Positions 10,433 to 21,176 of a DNA stretch of 64,000 nucleotides are shown piece by piece. The notes below the pieces were generated by a model, which saw only the letters and a program-made list of their open reading frames with translations, had not been told where the DNA came from and searched no databases. The first letter of the stretch is position 1. Each line of letters starts with the position of its first letter. Position numbers and translations under genes: made by a program. This DNA is from a bacterium (lineage in GTDB: Bacteria; UBA8248; JACPRG01; G963555815), in NCBI GenBank assembly GCA_965218795.1, contig OZ244653.1, forward strand, positions 3,872,001-3,936,000, in the 5' to 3' direction.

Positions 10433-12691
10433 TCAGAGGGATTTCAGGATCTTTTCAGCGGTCAGCGGCAGGTCTTTCAGCCGGACCCCGACGGCGTGAT
10501 AAATGGCGTTCGCGGTCGCCGCGGCCGTCGGATTGATCGGGGCCTCGGAACACCCTTTCGCCCCATAGGGGCCGATCGGGTCATGGGACTCGATCAGGAA
10601 AGAGTGAACGGCTGGCGCGAACTCGGCGTTCGGCAAAGAGTAGTCGGCCAGGCTTCCGTTCATCGGCTGACCCCCGGCGTATATCAGGCCCTCGGTGACG
10701 GAATATCCCACCCCCTGGATCACCGCGCCGTGGACCTGCCCGTCCGCAGTGAGGGGATTGAGGACGAATCCCACGTCGTCCGCCGCCCAGATGCTCAGAA
10801 CCTCGATCTGCCCGGTCCGGGTGTCGACCTCCACCTCGACGGCCTGGGCGGTGAACTCGTAACCCGGGGCGAAGTTCCCGTAGAGATCTTTGTCCAGCAC
10901 GAAGTCGTTGGGCGCATCGTAAACACCGTGACCGACAATGGGCCGGCCGTTCCTGCGGATGAGGTTGGACTGGACGGCATCCGCGACGGAGATCTTCCGG
11001 TCCGGAGCGTTCTTCACGGACACCATTCCCTCCTTCAATTGGAGATCCTCCGGCCGGACCTCGAGTTGCTCCGCCGCCGCGGCCAGAATCTGGTTGCGGG
11101 CGTCCTCCGCGGCCATGCGCGCGGCATTGCCGCCGATCATCGTGAGACGGCTTGCATAGGCCCCGAATCCGTAGGGGCTGGTGTCCGTGTCGGCGGAGGA
11201 AACGGCGACCTCCCGTGTTGAGACGCCCAGTTCCTCGGCCACGATCTGGGCGAGCACGGTCTTGGATCCCTGTCCGATGTCTCCTTCGCTGCAGACCAGG
11301 CCCACTCCCCCGTCCTCGTTCACCTTCACGTCCATGCAAGCGCCGTCCCAGTCGCCGTAGACCCGGGCCCCGCTCGTATGGATGGCGCATGCGATCCCGA
11401 TGCCCCGCCGCCGATCGCCGGTTTCCCTCCGCGCGCGTTTTTTCTCCCAGCCGCATGCCTCCATCACCTGCCGGATGCAGCGATCCATTTCACAGGACTC
11501 GATCCTCCACCCATGGACGGTCGTGTCGCCCTTCTGGGTGGAATTCTTCAGGCGAAGATCGGCCGGGTCCATGTCGATGGCCTCGGCCAATGCGTCCAGG
11601 TGCTGTTCCATGGCGAAGCCCATCTGCGGGTTTCCGTAACCGCGGAACGCCCCCTTTGGAGTGGTGTGCGTATAGACCAGGAGACCCTCGGTGTGGATAT
11701 TCGCCTGCCGGTAATGGTTATCCATCCGCATGGAGCCCGCGCTGAGGATCCCAAGGCATTTCCCGACGTAGCACCCCGTGTCCGCGATCATCCGGCACTC
11801 CTTCGCCTGGATCTCCCCGGATTTCCTGATTCCCATCTTGAGCTGAATCGTCATGGGAACCCGCGGCCGGCCGGCCTGAAATTCCTCCAGGCGCGTATTC
11901 AGGAGCCGGACGGGAGCGCCGGCTTCCCCGGCGAGCAGGGCCGCGATCATGGCGAGCGGCTCATCCACGTATTTCCCGCCGAAACCGCCGCCCACGGCGG
12001 ACTGGATGACCCTTACGTTGGAGATCGGGACGCCGATGGCCTTGGCGATTTTCTTTCGCGCGTAGAAGATGGCCTGGCAGGGCGTCCAGACGGTCAGCCG
12101 TCCATCCGCACCCCACTGGGCGAGGGCGCCGACGGGTTCCATGTAGGCCTGGGAGACCACGGAAGTCCGGTACGTATCTTCCAAGACCACGTCCGCATCC
12201 CGGAATCCCGCCTCCGCGTCCCCCCGGTTGAACTCAATCCGTGCGGCCAGGTTTCCGTCTTCATGGACCTTGGGAGCGTCAGGCTCCAGGGCCAGGTCCA
12301 TGTCGAGGGTCGCCGGGAGGGGCTCGTACTCCACGTCGATCAGCTCCAGGGCGTCCAGGGCCGTCGCCTCATCCACGGCGGCCACCGCCGCCACCTCATG
12401 ACCGGTATACAGGACCCGATCGACCGCCAGCGTTGTCTGGTCGTCGATGACGGACCCCCACGGGGCGGAGGGCGCATCCGCGCCGGTCAGGACGGCCTTG
12501 ACGCCCTGAAGCCTTTTCGCGCGGGATGTGTCGATGCGGGCGATTCGCGCGTGGGGGAGGGGGCTTCTGAGCACCTTGGCGTGGAGCATACGGGGCAGCG
12601 TCATGTCGGCGACGTAGTTCTGGCTGCCCGTTACCTTGAAAGGCGCGTCAAGCATCGGTGTCGGTTTGCCAATGACGGAATATTCAGGCAT
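10433..12691 (-). CDS. Xanthine dehydrogenase family molybdopterin-binding subunit
   Basis: VLRSPLPHARI, GGGFGGK, AFRGYGNPQ, GQVHGAVIQG, GAKGCSE. Confidence 0.92.
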   Translation of the reverse strand: MPEYSVIGKPTPMLDAPFKVTGSQNYVADMTLPRMLHAKVLRSPLPHARIARIDTSRAKRLQGVKAVLTGADAPSAPWGSVIDDQTTLAVDRVLYTGHEVAAVAAVDEATALDALELIDVEYEPLPATLDMDLALEPDAPKVHEDGNLAARIEFNRGDAEAGFRDADVVLEDTYRTSVVSQAYMEPVGALAQWGADGRLTVWTPCQAIFYARKKIAKAIGVPISNVRVIQSAVGGGFGGKYVDEPLAMIAALLAGEAGAPVRLLNTRLEEFQAGRPRVPMTIQLKMGIRKSGEIQAKECRMIADTGCYVGKCLGILSAGSMRMDNHYRQANIHTEGLLVYTHTTPKGAFRGYGNPQMGFAMEQHLDALAEAIDMDPADLRLKNSTQKGDTTVHGWRIESCEMDRCIRQVMEACGWEKKRARRETGDRRRGIGIACAIHTSGARVYGDWDGACMDVKVNEDGGVGLVCSEGDIGQGSKTVLAQIVAEELGVSTREVAVSSADTDTSPYGFGAYASRLTMIGGNAARMAAEDARNQILAAAAEQLEVRPEDLQLKEGMVSVKNAPDRKISVADAVQSNLIRRNGRPIVGHGVYDAPNDFVLDKDLYGNFAPGYEFTAQAVEVEVDTRTGQIEVLSIWAADDVGFVLNPLTADGQVHGAVIQGVGYSVTEGLIYAGGQPMNGSLADYSLPNAEFAPAVHSFLIESHDPIGPYGAKGCSEAPINPTAAATANAIYHAVGVRLKDLPLTAEKILKSL

Positions 12692-12759
12692 GGATTTTTC
12701 CACCCTATTTCCAAGTGGCGTTGAGGCTCACTGTCCGGTATGGATCGGACGGTGAGCGG

Positions 12760-13845
12760 CTAATTGATACGCTCCTCCGTCTTCCGGTCGAAGAGGTGGA
12801 GATGTTCCGGAGCGAAAGCGAGGCAAGCCCGCTCCCCCGGCTTCCGCTGCGTCCCAGGCGGAGATAGCGCGCGGACGACCTCGCCGCCAACCTGGTAATA
12901 GAGTATGGTCTCCGCACCCAGCGGCTCCAAAAGAGACAGCTCGGCGGGAATCCCTTCGGCCGAAGGCGGCTCGATCCGCAGGTGTTCGGCGCGAATGCCC
13001 ATCAGCAGCTCGGGATCTTTCAAGCGTCCGTTCAATGAATCCTGAACTCCAGGTACGTTCACCTGGAACCCCGGCCCCTCCAGGCGCGCCAAAGGACCCT
13101 CCGTCTTCAAAGTGCAGGGCAGAAAATTCATCCCGGGGCTGCCCATGAATTCCCCGACATAGCGGGTCTTGGGACGATGATAGACCGCTTGCGGCGGCCC
13201 GACCTGGTGAATGACGCCTTCGTGGATCACGGCCAGCCGATCGCCCATGGAGAGGGCCTCCGTATGGTCGTGCGTGGTGTACACGAACGTTTCCCGGAGG
13301 TCCATCTGCAATCTCTTGAGCTCGGAGCGCATGTTCAACCGGATGAGAGCGTCCAGGTTGGCCAGGGGTTCGTCCAGCAGAAAGAGATCCGGCCTTCGGA
13401 CCATCGCCCGGGCCAGAGCCACCCGCTGGCGTTCCCCGCCGCTGTAGGTCGCCGGTTTTCGGCCCAGCAAGGGGAGAATCCGCAGGGTATCCGCCACATC
13501 CTCAACCCGTCTCCTGATCTCGGATTCGCGCAGTTTCGCCTTCCGTAAAGGGGAAGCGATGTTCTCGTAGCCCGTCCGGTTCGGATAGAGCGCGAGGTTC
13601 TCGAACACCATGGCGACGTTGCGATCGCGGGGATGGACGCGAAACATCGAACGGCCGTCGTAGGCGACTTCACCGGCGTCGGCTTCGGTCAGACCCGCAA
13701 TGATCCGGAGAAGCGTCGTTTTCCCCGCGCCGGGAGGGCCGACGAGGCAGAAGAACTCCCCTTGGGGGATCTTCAATGAGATGTCCCGGAGCGCCTGGGT
13801 TGTACCGAAGCGTTTCGAAATTCCATTGACTTCGAGACTCGCCAT
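12760..13845 (-). CDS. CUT1 (MalK-like) ABC ATP-binding protein
   Basis: GPPGAGKTT, YSGGERQRVALARA, LLDEPL and a C-terminal TOBE-like region. Confidence 0.9.
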   Translation of the reverse strand: MASLEVNGISKRFGTTQALRDISLKIPQGEFFCLVGPPGAGKTTLLRIIAGLTEADAGEVAYDGRSMFRVHPRDRNVAMVFENLALYPNRTGYENIASPLRKAKLRESEIRRRVEDVADTLRILPLLGRKPATYSGGERQRVALARAMVRRPDLFLLDEPLANLDALIRLNMRSELKRLQMDLRETFVYTTHDHTEALSMGDRLAVIHEGVIHQVGPPQAVYHRPKTRYVGEFMGSPGMNFLPCTLKTEGPLARLEGPGFQVNVPGVQDSLNGRLKDPELLMGIRAEHLRIEPPSAEGIPAELSLLEPLGAETILYYQVGGEVVRALSPPGTQRKPGERACLAFAPEHLHLFDRKTEERIN

Positions 13846-13870
13846 GAAGAGGGGTTCTCCCGAATCGAGC

Positions 13871-14968
13871 CTAAAGTTCTTCGGCCAACGAGTTTCCGGT
13901 CTCCGCATCAAAAAATCGAAGCGCGTCCCGGTTGAACCGGAGGCCGATATTCTGTCCGCTCGCGAAATCCGCCTGCTCCGGGCCTTGTGCGCGCAGAACG
14001 TCCCCGCCGATCTGAACGCTCAAGAGAGTTCGCCGGCCCAGCTTTTCCGCGAGGACGACCTGGCCGGGGATTCCTTCTTTCGCGCCGCCGTTTCCAATCG
14101 GTTCGATTTGCTCCGGCCGGATCCCGAGGATGATTTTCCGGGATTCACGATTTGCGCGTCCTGATCCGGCGCCATCGATCGGACAACGAAACCCGGGACT
14201 GTCAAACCAGAAATCCCCACCTTCGGATCGGATCGTCCCTTCGACGAAATTCATCGGCGGGTTCCCGATGAACCCGGCAACGAAAAGGTTGGCCGGCCGA
14301 TGATACACCTCGTCGGGCGGTCCGACCTGCTGGAGGACGCCGAGATTCATAATGGCGATGTTGTCCGCCAACGACATGGCTTCCAATTGGTCATGGGTCA
14401 CGTAAATGACGGTTTGCCGCAAGTCTTTCTGGAGCCGTTTGAGCTCGGCCCGCATGGTGTCTCGGACCGAAGCATCCAAATTGCTCAGAGGTTCATCCAG
14501 TATGAGAAGGGCCGGCCGGGTGATGAGCGTCCGGGCCAGGGCCACGCGCTGCATATCGCTCAGGGAAAGACGACCGGCCTTGGCGTTCAGCAGATGGGAC
14601 AGGTGGAGGAGTTCCGCCAACCGGTCGACTTCCTTCCGGAGATCCTCCCGGGAGGATCCCTGAATCTCCAATCCGAAGGCGATGTTCCGGTAGACGGTCA
14701 TGTGGAGAAAGAGCGCATAGCTCTGAAAGACGAGGCCGACGTTCCGTGCACGGGGGGGAAGATGGTTCACGGCGACGTTGCCGAACCGTATCGTTCCGGA
14801 CGTGGGATTTTCGAGACCCGCAAGACAATGAAGGGTCGTCGTCTTTCCGCACCCCGAGGGGCCCAGAAGGCACAGGCATTCGCCTTCCTCCACCGTGAGG
14901 GTCAAATCGACAACGGCCTTCACCTCCCCAAAAAATTTGTGCAGTCCCTCCACGGCCACTCTGGTCAT
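13871..14968 (-). CDS. CUT1 (MalK-like) ABC ATP-binding protein
   Basis: GPSGCGKTT, degenerate signature LSLSDMQR, YVTHDQ. Confidence 0.9.
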   Translation of the reverse strand: MTRVAVEGLHKFFGEVKAVVDLTLTVEEGECLCLLGPSGCGKTTTLHCLAGLENPTSGTIRFGNVAVNHLPPRARNVGLVFQSYALFLHMTVYRNIAFGLEIQGSSREDLRKEVDRLAELLHLSHLLNAKAGRLSLSDMQRVALARTLITRPALLILDEPLSNLDASVRDTMRAELKRLQKDLRQTVIYVTHDQLEAMSLADNIAIMNLGVLQQVGPPDEVYHRPANLFVAGFIGNPPMNFVEGTIRSEGGDFWFDSPGFRCPIDGAGSGRANRESRKIILGIRPEQIEPIGNGGAKEGIPGQVVLAEKLGRRTLLSVQIGGDVLRAQGPEQADFASGQNIGLRFNRDALRFFDAETGNSLAEEL

Positions 14969-14978
14969 CGCCGAGCCC

Positions 14979-15836
14979 CTAGCCCCCCTTCACCGCGCCG
15001 AACGTGATGCCGCGGACGAAGTGTTTCTGGATCAGATAGCCGATAATCACGACCGGAATGGTGGCGACGACCGACAGCGCCGAGACCGGCCCCAGCATGA
15101 GACCCATGTTGGAGAAGTATTTCTGCAGCTGGACGGGTACCGTGAACGCTTTGGAGTGCGTGAAGATGAGCGCGAAGAGAAACTCTCCCCAGTTCAGAAT
15201 CAGCACGAACAACGCGGAGGCCAACAGGGGTCCCCGGACGAGGGGGAGGATGATTTTGAACAGGATCTCCCACTCCGCGTAGCCCTCCAGGATGGCCGCT
15301 TCTTCCAATTCCAGCGGAATTTCATCGATGAAACCCTTCATCATCCAGACGACGTAGGAGAGGGTCACCCCCGCGTACATGATGATCAGTCCAATGTGCT
15401 GATCGACCAAACCGAGGCTCGAGTACATCAACAGCAACGGGACGGCGACGGCAATGGGCGGAAGCATCCGTGTTTGAAGAATGAAGATGAACAACTGGGT
15501 CCCCCCCGTTCGGTATCGGGAGATGCTGTAAGCTGCGAGGAAGCCCGCAAAGGCCGCGATCACGGTGGAGAGGACGGCCACGATCAAGCTGTTCACGAAG
15601 GGAAGGATCGCCGGCGTTGAGAAACCGCCCATCCGGGCGATGGAATCGACCGGCTTCACCAGCACCCGGTAGTTGTCGAACGTCATCGTTTTGGAAATCC
15701 AGACCGGCGGCTTCATGAACCACTCATGGGGCGGTTTCACCGAGGAGGAGACGAGCCAAAACACCGGGAACAGGACCGCCGCCATGATGAGCAAGACCAG
15801 AACGTAATCGATGATCCGACCCAGCGTCGCCCGCAT
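14979..15836 (-). CDS. Carbohydrate-type ABC permease (MalG-like)
   Basis: EAA loop IPLELEEAAILEG; six TM segments; C-terminal GAVKG. Confidence 0.9.
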   Translation of the reverse strand: MRATLGRIIDYVLVLLIMAAVLFPVFWLVSSSVKPPHEWFMKPPVWISKTMTFDNYRVLVKPVDSIARMGGFSTPAILPFVNSLIVAVLSTVIAAFAGFLAAYSISRYRTGGTQLFIFILQTRMLPPIAVAVPLLLMYSSLGLVDQHIGLIIMYAGVTLSYVVWMMKGFIDEIPLELEEAAILEGYAEWEILFKIILPLVRGPLLASALFVLILNWGEFLFALIFTHSKAFTVPVQLQKYFSNMGLMLGPVSALSVVATIPVVIIGYLIQKHFVRGITFGAVKGG

Positions 15837-15843
15837 GATTCCG

Positions 15844-16797
15844 CTACTCCTGGCCGGCCGGTTGAAGGAGGGGCCGGGCCACGAAGATCACCACCAGCGT
15901 AATGGCAATCATGATCATGATGGCGCCCGCGCCGATGTACGCCAGGCGGCCAAAGGAGAACCCCTGGAGGTACATGTAGATGGAGATCGTCTCGGTCGCC
16001 GTTCCGGGGCCGCCCCCGGTCATGATGAAGGGGACGTCGAACAGCTTGAAGACCTCGAGGCTCCGAATGACGAGGGTCAGATAAACCACGGGTTTCAGCA
16101 TGGGGAGGGTGATCCGGCGGAACACCTGCCACTCCGTGGCGCCCAGTACGCGGGCGGCCTTCAAGGGCTCCTCCGGTAGGGTCAGCAATCCGGAATAGAG
16201 GATGATGAACATGAACGGTGTCCATTGCCAGACGTCCGCCAGGATGACGGCCGCCAATGCCGTGGACGGATTTTTCAGCCAATCGATGGCGAAGTCCGTT
16301 CCGGTCAGGTACCGCAGGATGTCGTTGATCGGTCCGTCACGATAGAAAAGCGTGAAAAAGTTGTACCCGACCACCGCCGGCAGGATCATCATCGGAATGA
16401 GAAGAAGCGAGACGTAGAGCTTCCGTCCCCAGAGGTCCCAACGCGAGGCGAAGAAAACGGCGAAGGCCAAGCCCAGGAGGAACTCCAAAGGAACCGCGAC
16501 GACCGTGATGAGAAGCGTCCGGCCGACCGAGGCCAGAAACCGATCGTCCCGAAGAATTTCGATGTAGTTCTCCAGACCGACGAACTCTCCGTTCCACCAA
16601 TCGCCCATCAAGGGCGTCCAGGAGGTCATGCTCAGATAGAGCAGGAGAACGCCCGGGACGATCAGAAGAAAGCAGAGGATGGCCTCCATGGGGAGAATCA
16701 GGAGGACCTTCCACGGGCAGAGACGCACCAATCCCCGCCACAGGCCTCCTTCCTTTCCTCCCCGTTCCCCGTGGAGACCGATTCGGGCTACTTCCAT
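15844..16797 (-). CDS. Carbohydrate-type ABC permease (MalF-like)
   Basis: FVGLENY, DVWQWTPF, AARVLGA, TGGGPGTATET. Confidence 0.9.
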   Translation of the reverse strand: MEVARIGLHGERGGKEGGLWRGLVRLCPWKVLLILPMEAILCFLLIVPGVLLLYLSMTSWTPLMGDWWNGEFVGLENYIEILRDDRFLASVGRTLLITVVAVPLEFLLGLAFAVFFASRWDLWGRKLYVSLLLIPMMILPAVVGYNFFTLFYRDGPINDILRYLTGTDFAIDWLKNPSTALAAVILADVWQWTPFMFIILYSGLLTLPEEPLKAARVLGATEWQVFRRITLPMLKPVVYLTLVIRSLEVFKLFDVPFIMTGGGPGTATETISIYMYLQGFSFGRLAYIGAGAIMIMIAITLVVIFVARPLLQPAGQE

Positions 16798-18227
16798 AGG
16801 TCTCGGATGACCTTGGGAAACTGGTTTTGGATGACGGCCCATTGCTCTCGGGCGTGTTTCTTCCCGTACCGCTTGATGGTCTTGGCCCAGTTCTTCGCCG
16901 CCTCGTCCAGCGCTTCCTTGGCGGTCAGTTTGCCAACCGCGGAAGAGTTCAGCGAGATCGACAGGGAGTTCATCAGCTCGTTGAATCCCCGAAGCAGAAG
17001 GGGCGGCGCCGAGACGGGAATGGCCTCCCGGATGACTTCCAGTTCCCCGTCGGGATATTTCTTGGCGATCGGCTTATGTTTGAAGTGACAGCTTCGAAAC
17101 GGATCGAAGGCCCCCGGCTGGGTAATTCCTTCCAGGCTCATCTTGGGACTGTTCACATACTGAAGGAAGAGATAGGCCAGCTCCGGGTTTTTCGAGTGGC
17201 GCGAAACGATGGCGCCGTATCCGCTGACGAACGCCGAGGTCTGGACCCGCTTCCCGTTGACGACGGTGGCCGGGGGAAGCGCCGCGACGATCTTTCCCTT
17301 CGTCTTGCTGTTGGGGAACAGTGTGAACGCCCCCAATGACGGCCAGGCCATCGCGGAGTAGGCTCTCCCCCCGGGGAATTGCGAGTAGAGCACGCTCCAG
17401 TCGCCGGTGATCGTAATCGTGTCCATATTCTTGTTGAGGGCGTTCATCTCCTCAACGACCGAGACGCCGATGGCCGAATTGAACGTTGGATTCATGTCGG
17501 CATCGAAGACCTTCCCGCCTTTCTGATAGAAGCGGATGAAGAATTCGTTGGACATCTGATTCTTGTTCCGGAACAGCCAAGCCCCCCGCAGGTTCGGGGG
17601 CCGATCGAAGAAGGCGACCTGATCCCCGTATTCCTTCCACGTTTTCGGAACGTCCAGGTCATACCCGTATTTCTTTTTGAACGCGGCCTTCTCTTTCGGG
17701 TCGGTCAGCAGATCTTTTCGGAGGAAGAGCAGCCAGATATCTCCATCCGTCATCCACCCGTAATATTTCCCCCGGACGTTGCCGTACAGGTGAAGAGGCC
17801 AGAGGACGCCGCAGTCCCCCCCGGGTCCCCATTCCGGATCGTGCTTTTTCATCCATCCGTTCAGCTCGGCCGCCAAACCCGCGGATGCAAAATCGGCGAT
17901 AAAGTCCGTGAGGCTGGTAATGATGTCCCACGTTCCGCTCTTGGCCACGGCCTCCTGCATGCCCTTGATGTACGTATCGGGAAAGTTGAGTTCTACGAAC
18001 TTGACGGGGATTCCCGTTTCCTTTTCCCAGGCCTTGGCGGCGGGAGCCCATTGGGCCTTGGTGGCCGTCAGCTGCATGATGGTCAGCGTTGTCCCCGCCG
18101 GGGCCTTCTTGGCAAGGGCCTTGGCGGCTTTCACCGCGCGATCGGCCGCCCCCGCGAAGGCGAACGAGGCCGTGAACATGATCGCCCACGCGACCGCGAC
18201 GACACCGGCAATCCCTGATCGCTTCAT
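16788..18227 (-). CDS. CUT1 extracellular solute-binding protein
   Basis: Signal peptide, WEKETGIPV, RKDLL..FKKKYGYDL.VPKTW; first gene of the ABC operon, with an AGGAG RBS. Confidence 0.88.
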   Translation of the reverse strand: MKRSGIAGVVAVAWAIMFTASFAFAGAADRAVKAAKALAKKAPAGTTLTIMQLTATKAQWAPAAKAWEKETGIPVKFVELNFPDTYIKGMQEAVAKSGTWDIITSLTDFIADFASAGLAAELNGWMKKHDPEWGPGGDCGVLWPLHLYGNVRGKYYGWMTDGDIWLLFLRKDLLTDPKEKAAFKKKYGYDLDVPKTWKEYGDQVAFFDRPPNLRGAWLFRNKNQMSNEFFIRFYQKGGKVFDADMNPTFNSAIGVSVVEEMNALNKNMDTITITGDWSVLYSQFPGGRAYSAMAWPSLGAFTLFPNSKTKGKIVAALPPATVVNGKRVQTSAFVSGYGAIVSRHSKNPELAYLFLQYVNSPKMSLEGITQPGAFDPFRSCHFKHKPIAKKYPDGELEVIREAIPVSAPPLLLRGFNELMNSLSISLNSSAVGKLTAKEALDEAAKNWAKTIKRYGKKHAREQWAVIQNQFPKVIRDLWK

Positions 18228-18675
18228 GGTGTTTTCTCCTCCTGCCGCCTCTCGCAACAAAGAGCGGCGAAAGGGCTGGGGCTCGCCCCGCCCGGGGCAT
18301 TCGCACCGGAACGGGGGCCTTCAACAGCGGAAGTCCGCTCAGGCCCACTCTCCTGAATGGATTGGAATTTTTTCTGAGTGTAACAGGGAACCGGAAAATC
18401 GTCAATTGCAGGGGATTCGAGGGGCCCATCGGGATGGGGGATGCCGCCGGAGGGACCGAGGGGAATCCTTCTGCTGCGATGGGGAGTCTTCCGCCTGGAT
18501 GGAGCTGATTTGGAGCGGTTCCGAGGCGCCGCGCAATATGGGAATGATAGGCTTGACGAGCCAGGGGTATCATTCTCACGGAGATTCCCGTGGGCCCGTA
18601 TCTCGCCTCGAGATCGTCAGGCGCCGCGCAAGTCGATTTCTCCATCGAGATGGATTCCCGCTCAGGTCGGGGAGT

Positions 18676-18926
18676 GGATTCCTGCTTGCGCAGGAATGAC
18701 AAATGGCAAACGAGGCCCGCGCCCAACAGCCTGTCATTGCCGCGGGGCTTGTCCCCGAAGGCTTGGGTCGGGGGCGGGAATGGCAACCAGAACCATGCCG
18801 ATCCCCCAGCGAGCCCGCCCCCCGATAGGCGCACTCGGGGGTCATTCCCGCGGAAGCATGTCCTCGAATGCTTCACTCGGGGGCGGGAATCCAGAAAAAC
18901 ATGTCCCCGAGTGCGCCTATCGGGGA
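18676..18926. repeat. Cluster of REP/dRS3-like palindromes (GGATTCC-N-GGAATGAC) with shared spacer modules
   Basis: TGGATTCCTGCTTGCGCAGGAATGAC at 18676; 21-bp inverted repeat at 18820-18840 / 18906-18926. Related units occur near 34905, 45514, 60362 and 60534. Confidence 0.75.
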
Positions 18927-19188
18927 AGACCTGGCTCGTCAAGCGTATTATTTCCCGCAATATCGCGTTCCCGGCGGTCCTGTATTCCGTTGTAACCTGG
19001 ACGGGCGTACCCGCTCGGTCTGTCCGGCTCATGGGATGGCCCTTCGGGTCTCCAGGGAGCCGGGTCGCGCCGTTCGCAGTCAATGCCCCATGCCGGCGTC
19101 CTGATGATTCTCTGCTCGATGACCGGTCTTTGGACCCTTTCGCGGCCGATCATCAAAGCGGGTTGAGGGCGGCAAAGGAGGCTCCTGG

Positions 19189-19217
19189 TGGAATGGCTTG
19201 AATCCGCCCGGTATAAT
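19189..19217 (+). promoter_or_regulatory. Putative sigma70 promoter for the cocE-MBL genes
   Basis: TGGAAT-N17-TATAAT about 100 nt upstream of ATG 19321. Confidence 0.45.
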
Positions 19218-19320
19218 GCGTCCATTCTCATATCCCGTATTGCCGCTCGAGCCTCTCCGGTCATTGGGTGGGGGGCGGCCTTCCCGCGTGATCGCGGATT
19301 GGATGTCTCGAGGAGATGAA

Positions 19321-21099
19321 ATGAGCCGACAGAAGAGCGAAGTCAGAGACGGAATGCGCATCGATTGGGATGTCCCGATCGAAATGGACGACGGCCTCGT
19401 CGTGCGCGCCGATGTCTATCGGCCGAACGAGAAGGGCCGCTATCCGGTCATCCTGAGCTACGGGCCGTACGCCAAAGGGCTCGCCTTCCAGGAGGGCTAC
19501 AAAGACCAGTGGGATCGGATGGCGGAGCAGCACCCGGACGTGGCGGCGGGCTCGACGAACAAGTACCAGTCCTGGGAGGTCGTCGATCCCGAGAAGTGGG
19601 TTCCGGACGGTTACGTCTGCGTCCGGGTCGATTCGCGGGGGGCCGGCCGCTCGCCGGGATTCATCCAGCACTTCTCCCCCCGGGAGACCAAAGACTTCTA
19701 CGACTGCATCGAGTGGTCCGGAATCCAGCCCTGGAGCAATGGGCGGGTGGGATTGAACGGCATCTCCTATTACGGGATGAACCAGTGGGCGGTGGCCTCG
19801 CTTCAGCCGCCGCACCTGACGGCCATGTGCGTATGGGAAGGCGCCGCCGACTGGTATCGCGACAGCACCCATCATGGGGGGATCCTGTCCACGTTTTGGG
19901 ACAACTGGTACGACATGCAGGTCAAAACGGTGCAGTACGGCCTCGGGGAACGGGGTCCGCGAAGCCGCGTCACGGGCGACTTGGTGTGCGGCCCGGAGAC
20001 CCTTTCGGAGAAGCAGCTCGCCAAAAATCGCGCCGACTTCGGCAATGAGGTCCTGTCGCATCCCATGGACGACGACTACCACAAAGCGCGGTCGCCGGTC
20101 TGGTCGAAGATCATCACACCCTTGCTGACCGCGGGGAACTGGGGGGGGCAGGGGCTGCACCCGCGCGGGAACATCGAAGGGTTCGTCCGTGTCGCCTCGA
20201 AGGAGAAGTGGCTGGAAGTCCACGGGCTGGAGCACTGGACGCATTTCTACACCGACTACGGCGTGAATCTCCAAAAGCGGTTTTTCGACTTCTACCTGAA
20301 AGAGAAGAAGAACGGCTGGAAGCGGAAACAGCCGCGCGTTCAGCTTCAGGTGCGCCACATCGACAAGTTCGTCGAGCGCAAGGAAGAGGAGTGGCCCCTG
20401 AAGCGGACGAGGTGGACGAAGTTCTACCTGAACCCGGCCGACTCGAGCCTGAGCGCGAAGCAGGTGTCGGCCCGGAGGAAAATGACGTATGACGCGCTCG
20501 GGGACGGGCTCACCTTTCTGTCGCCCCCGCTTCTGAAGGAGACCGAGATCACGGGCCCCTCGGCCGCCAGGTTATGGGTCTCCTCCTCGTCGCGGGACGC
20601 GGATTTGTTCCTTGTCCTGCGGGTATTCTCGCCGAACATGGAAGAGGTGGTTTTTCAGGGAGCCCTCGACCCGCATACCCCCATCGCCCAGGGCTGGCTC
20701 CGGGCCTCGCACCGCAAGCTCCACAAGGCGATCAGCAGGGCCTACCGGCCGTATCACGCGCACGACGAGAAACAGCCGCTGAAGCCGGGACAGGCGGTTC
20801 AGCTGGACATCGAGATCTGGCCGACTTGCATCGTCGTTCCGTCCGGCTACCGGATCGCCCTGACCGTTCGCGGGAAGGACTACGAGTATCCCGGCGGCCC
20901 GGGGCAGGGTCTTGCGACGATGAAGAACGTGTTCCGGGGATGCGGGCCGTTCCTCCACGACGATCCTCGTGACCGGCCGAAGAGCGTCTTCGGCGGGAAA
21001 AACTCCCTCCACTTCGGTCCCAACCGGCAGCCGTACGTTCTGTTGCCGATCATCCCGCCGAAACAGGGGAGGGCCGGGGCCCGAAGCGTCCGGGCGTAA
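19321..21099 (+). CDS. CocE/NonD family serine hydrolase
   Basis: MDDG..RADVYRP, DSRGAGRSPG, nucleophile elbow GISYYG, PepX_C-like C-terminus. Confidence 0.9.
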   Translation: MSRQKSEVRDGMRIDWDVPIEMDDGLVVRADVYRPNEKGRYPVILSYGPYAKGLAFQEGYKDQWDRMAEQHPDVAAGSTNKYQSWEVVDPEKWVPDGYVCVRVDSRGAGRSPGFIQHFSPRETKDFYDCIEWSGIQPWSNGRVGLNGISYYGMNQWAVASLQPPHLTAMCVWEGAADWYRDSTHHGGILSTFWDNWYDMQVKTVQYGLGERGPRSRVTGDLVCGPETLSEKQLAKNRADFGNEVLSHPMDDDYHKARSPVWSKIITPLLTAGNWGGQGLHPRGNIEGFVRVASKEKWLEVHGLEHWTHFYTDYGVNLQKRFFDFYLKEKKNGWKRKQPRVQLQVRHIDKFVERKEEEWPLKRTRWTKFYLNPADSSLSAKQVSARRKMTYDALGDGLTFLSPPLLKETEITGPSAARLWVSSSSRDADLFLVLRVFSPNMEEVVFQGALDPHTPIAQGWLRASHRKLHKAISRAYRPYHAHDEKQPLKPGQAVQLDIEIWPTCIVVPSGYRIALTVRGKDYEYPGGPGQGLATMKNVFRGCGPFLHDDPRDRPKSVFGGKNSLHFGPNRQPYVLLPIIPPKQGRAGARSVRA

Positions 21100-21176
21100 A
21101 TCTTCATTCATCGGCATCCGGCCGGAGGACGCAAGAGGGGCCGGATCCCCGGGATGGCGGCGGACAGGTCTTCCAT

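Noticed and set aside
10433-12691. Aerobic CO dehydrogenase CoxL form I
   Set aside because: The active-site loop reads AFRGYG, not AYxCSFR.
17659-19201. ORFs of 184-474 aa across the 18.3-19.3 kb gap
   Set aside because: Pro/Arg-rich translations of repeat DNA that overlap real genes and have no motifs.
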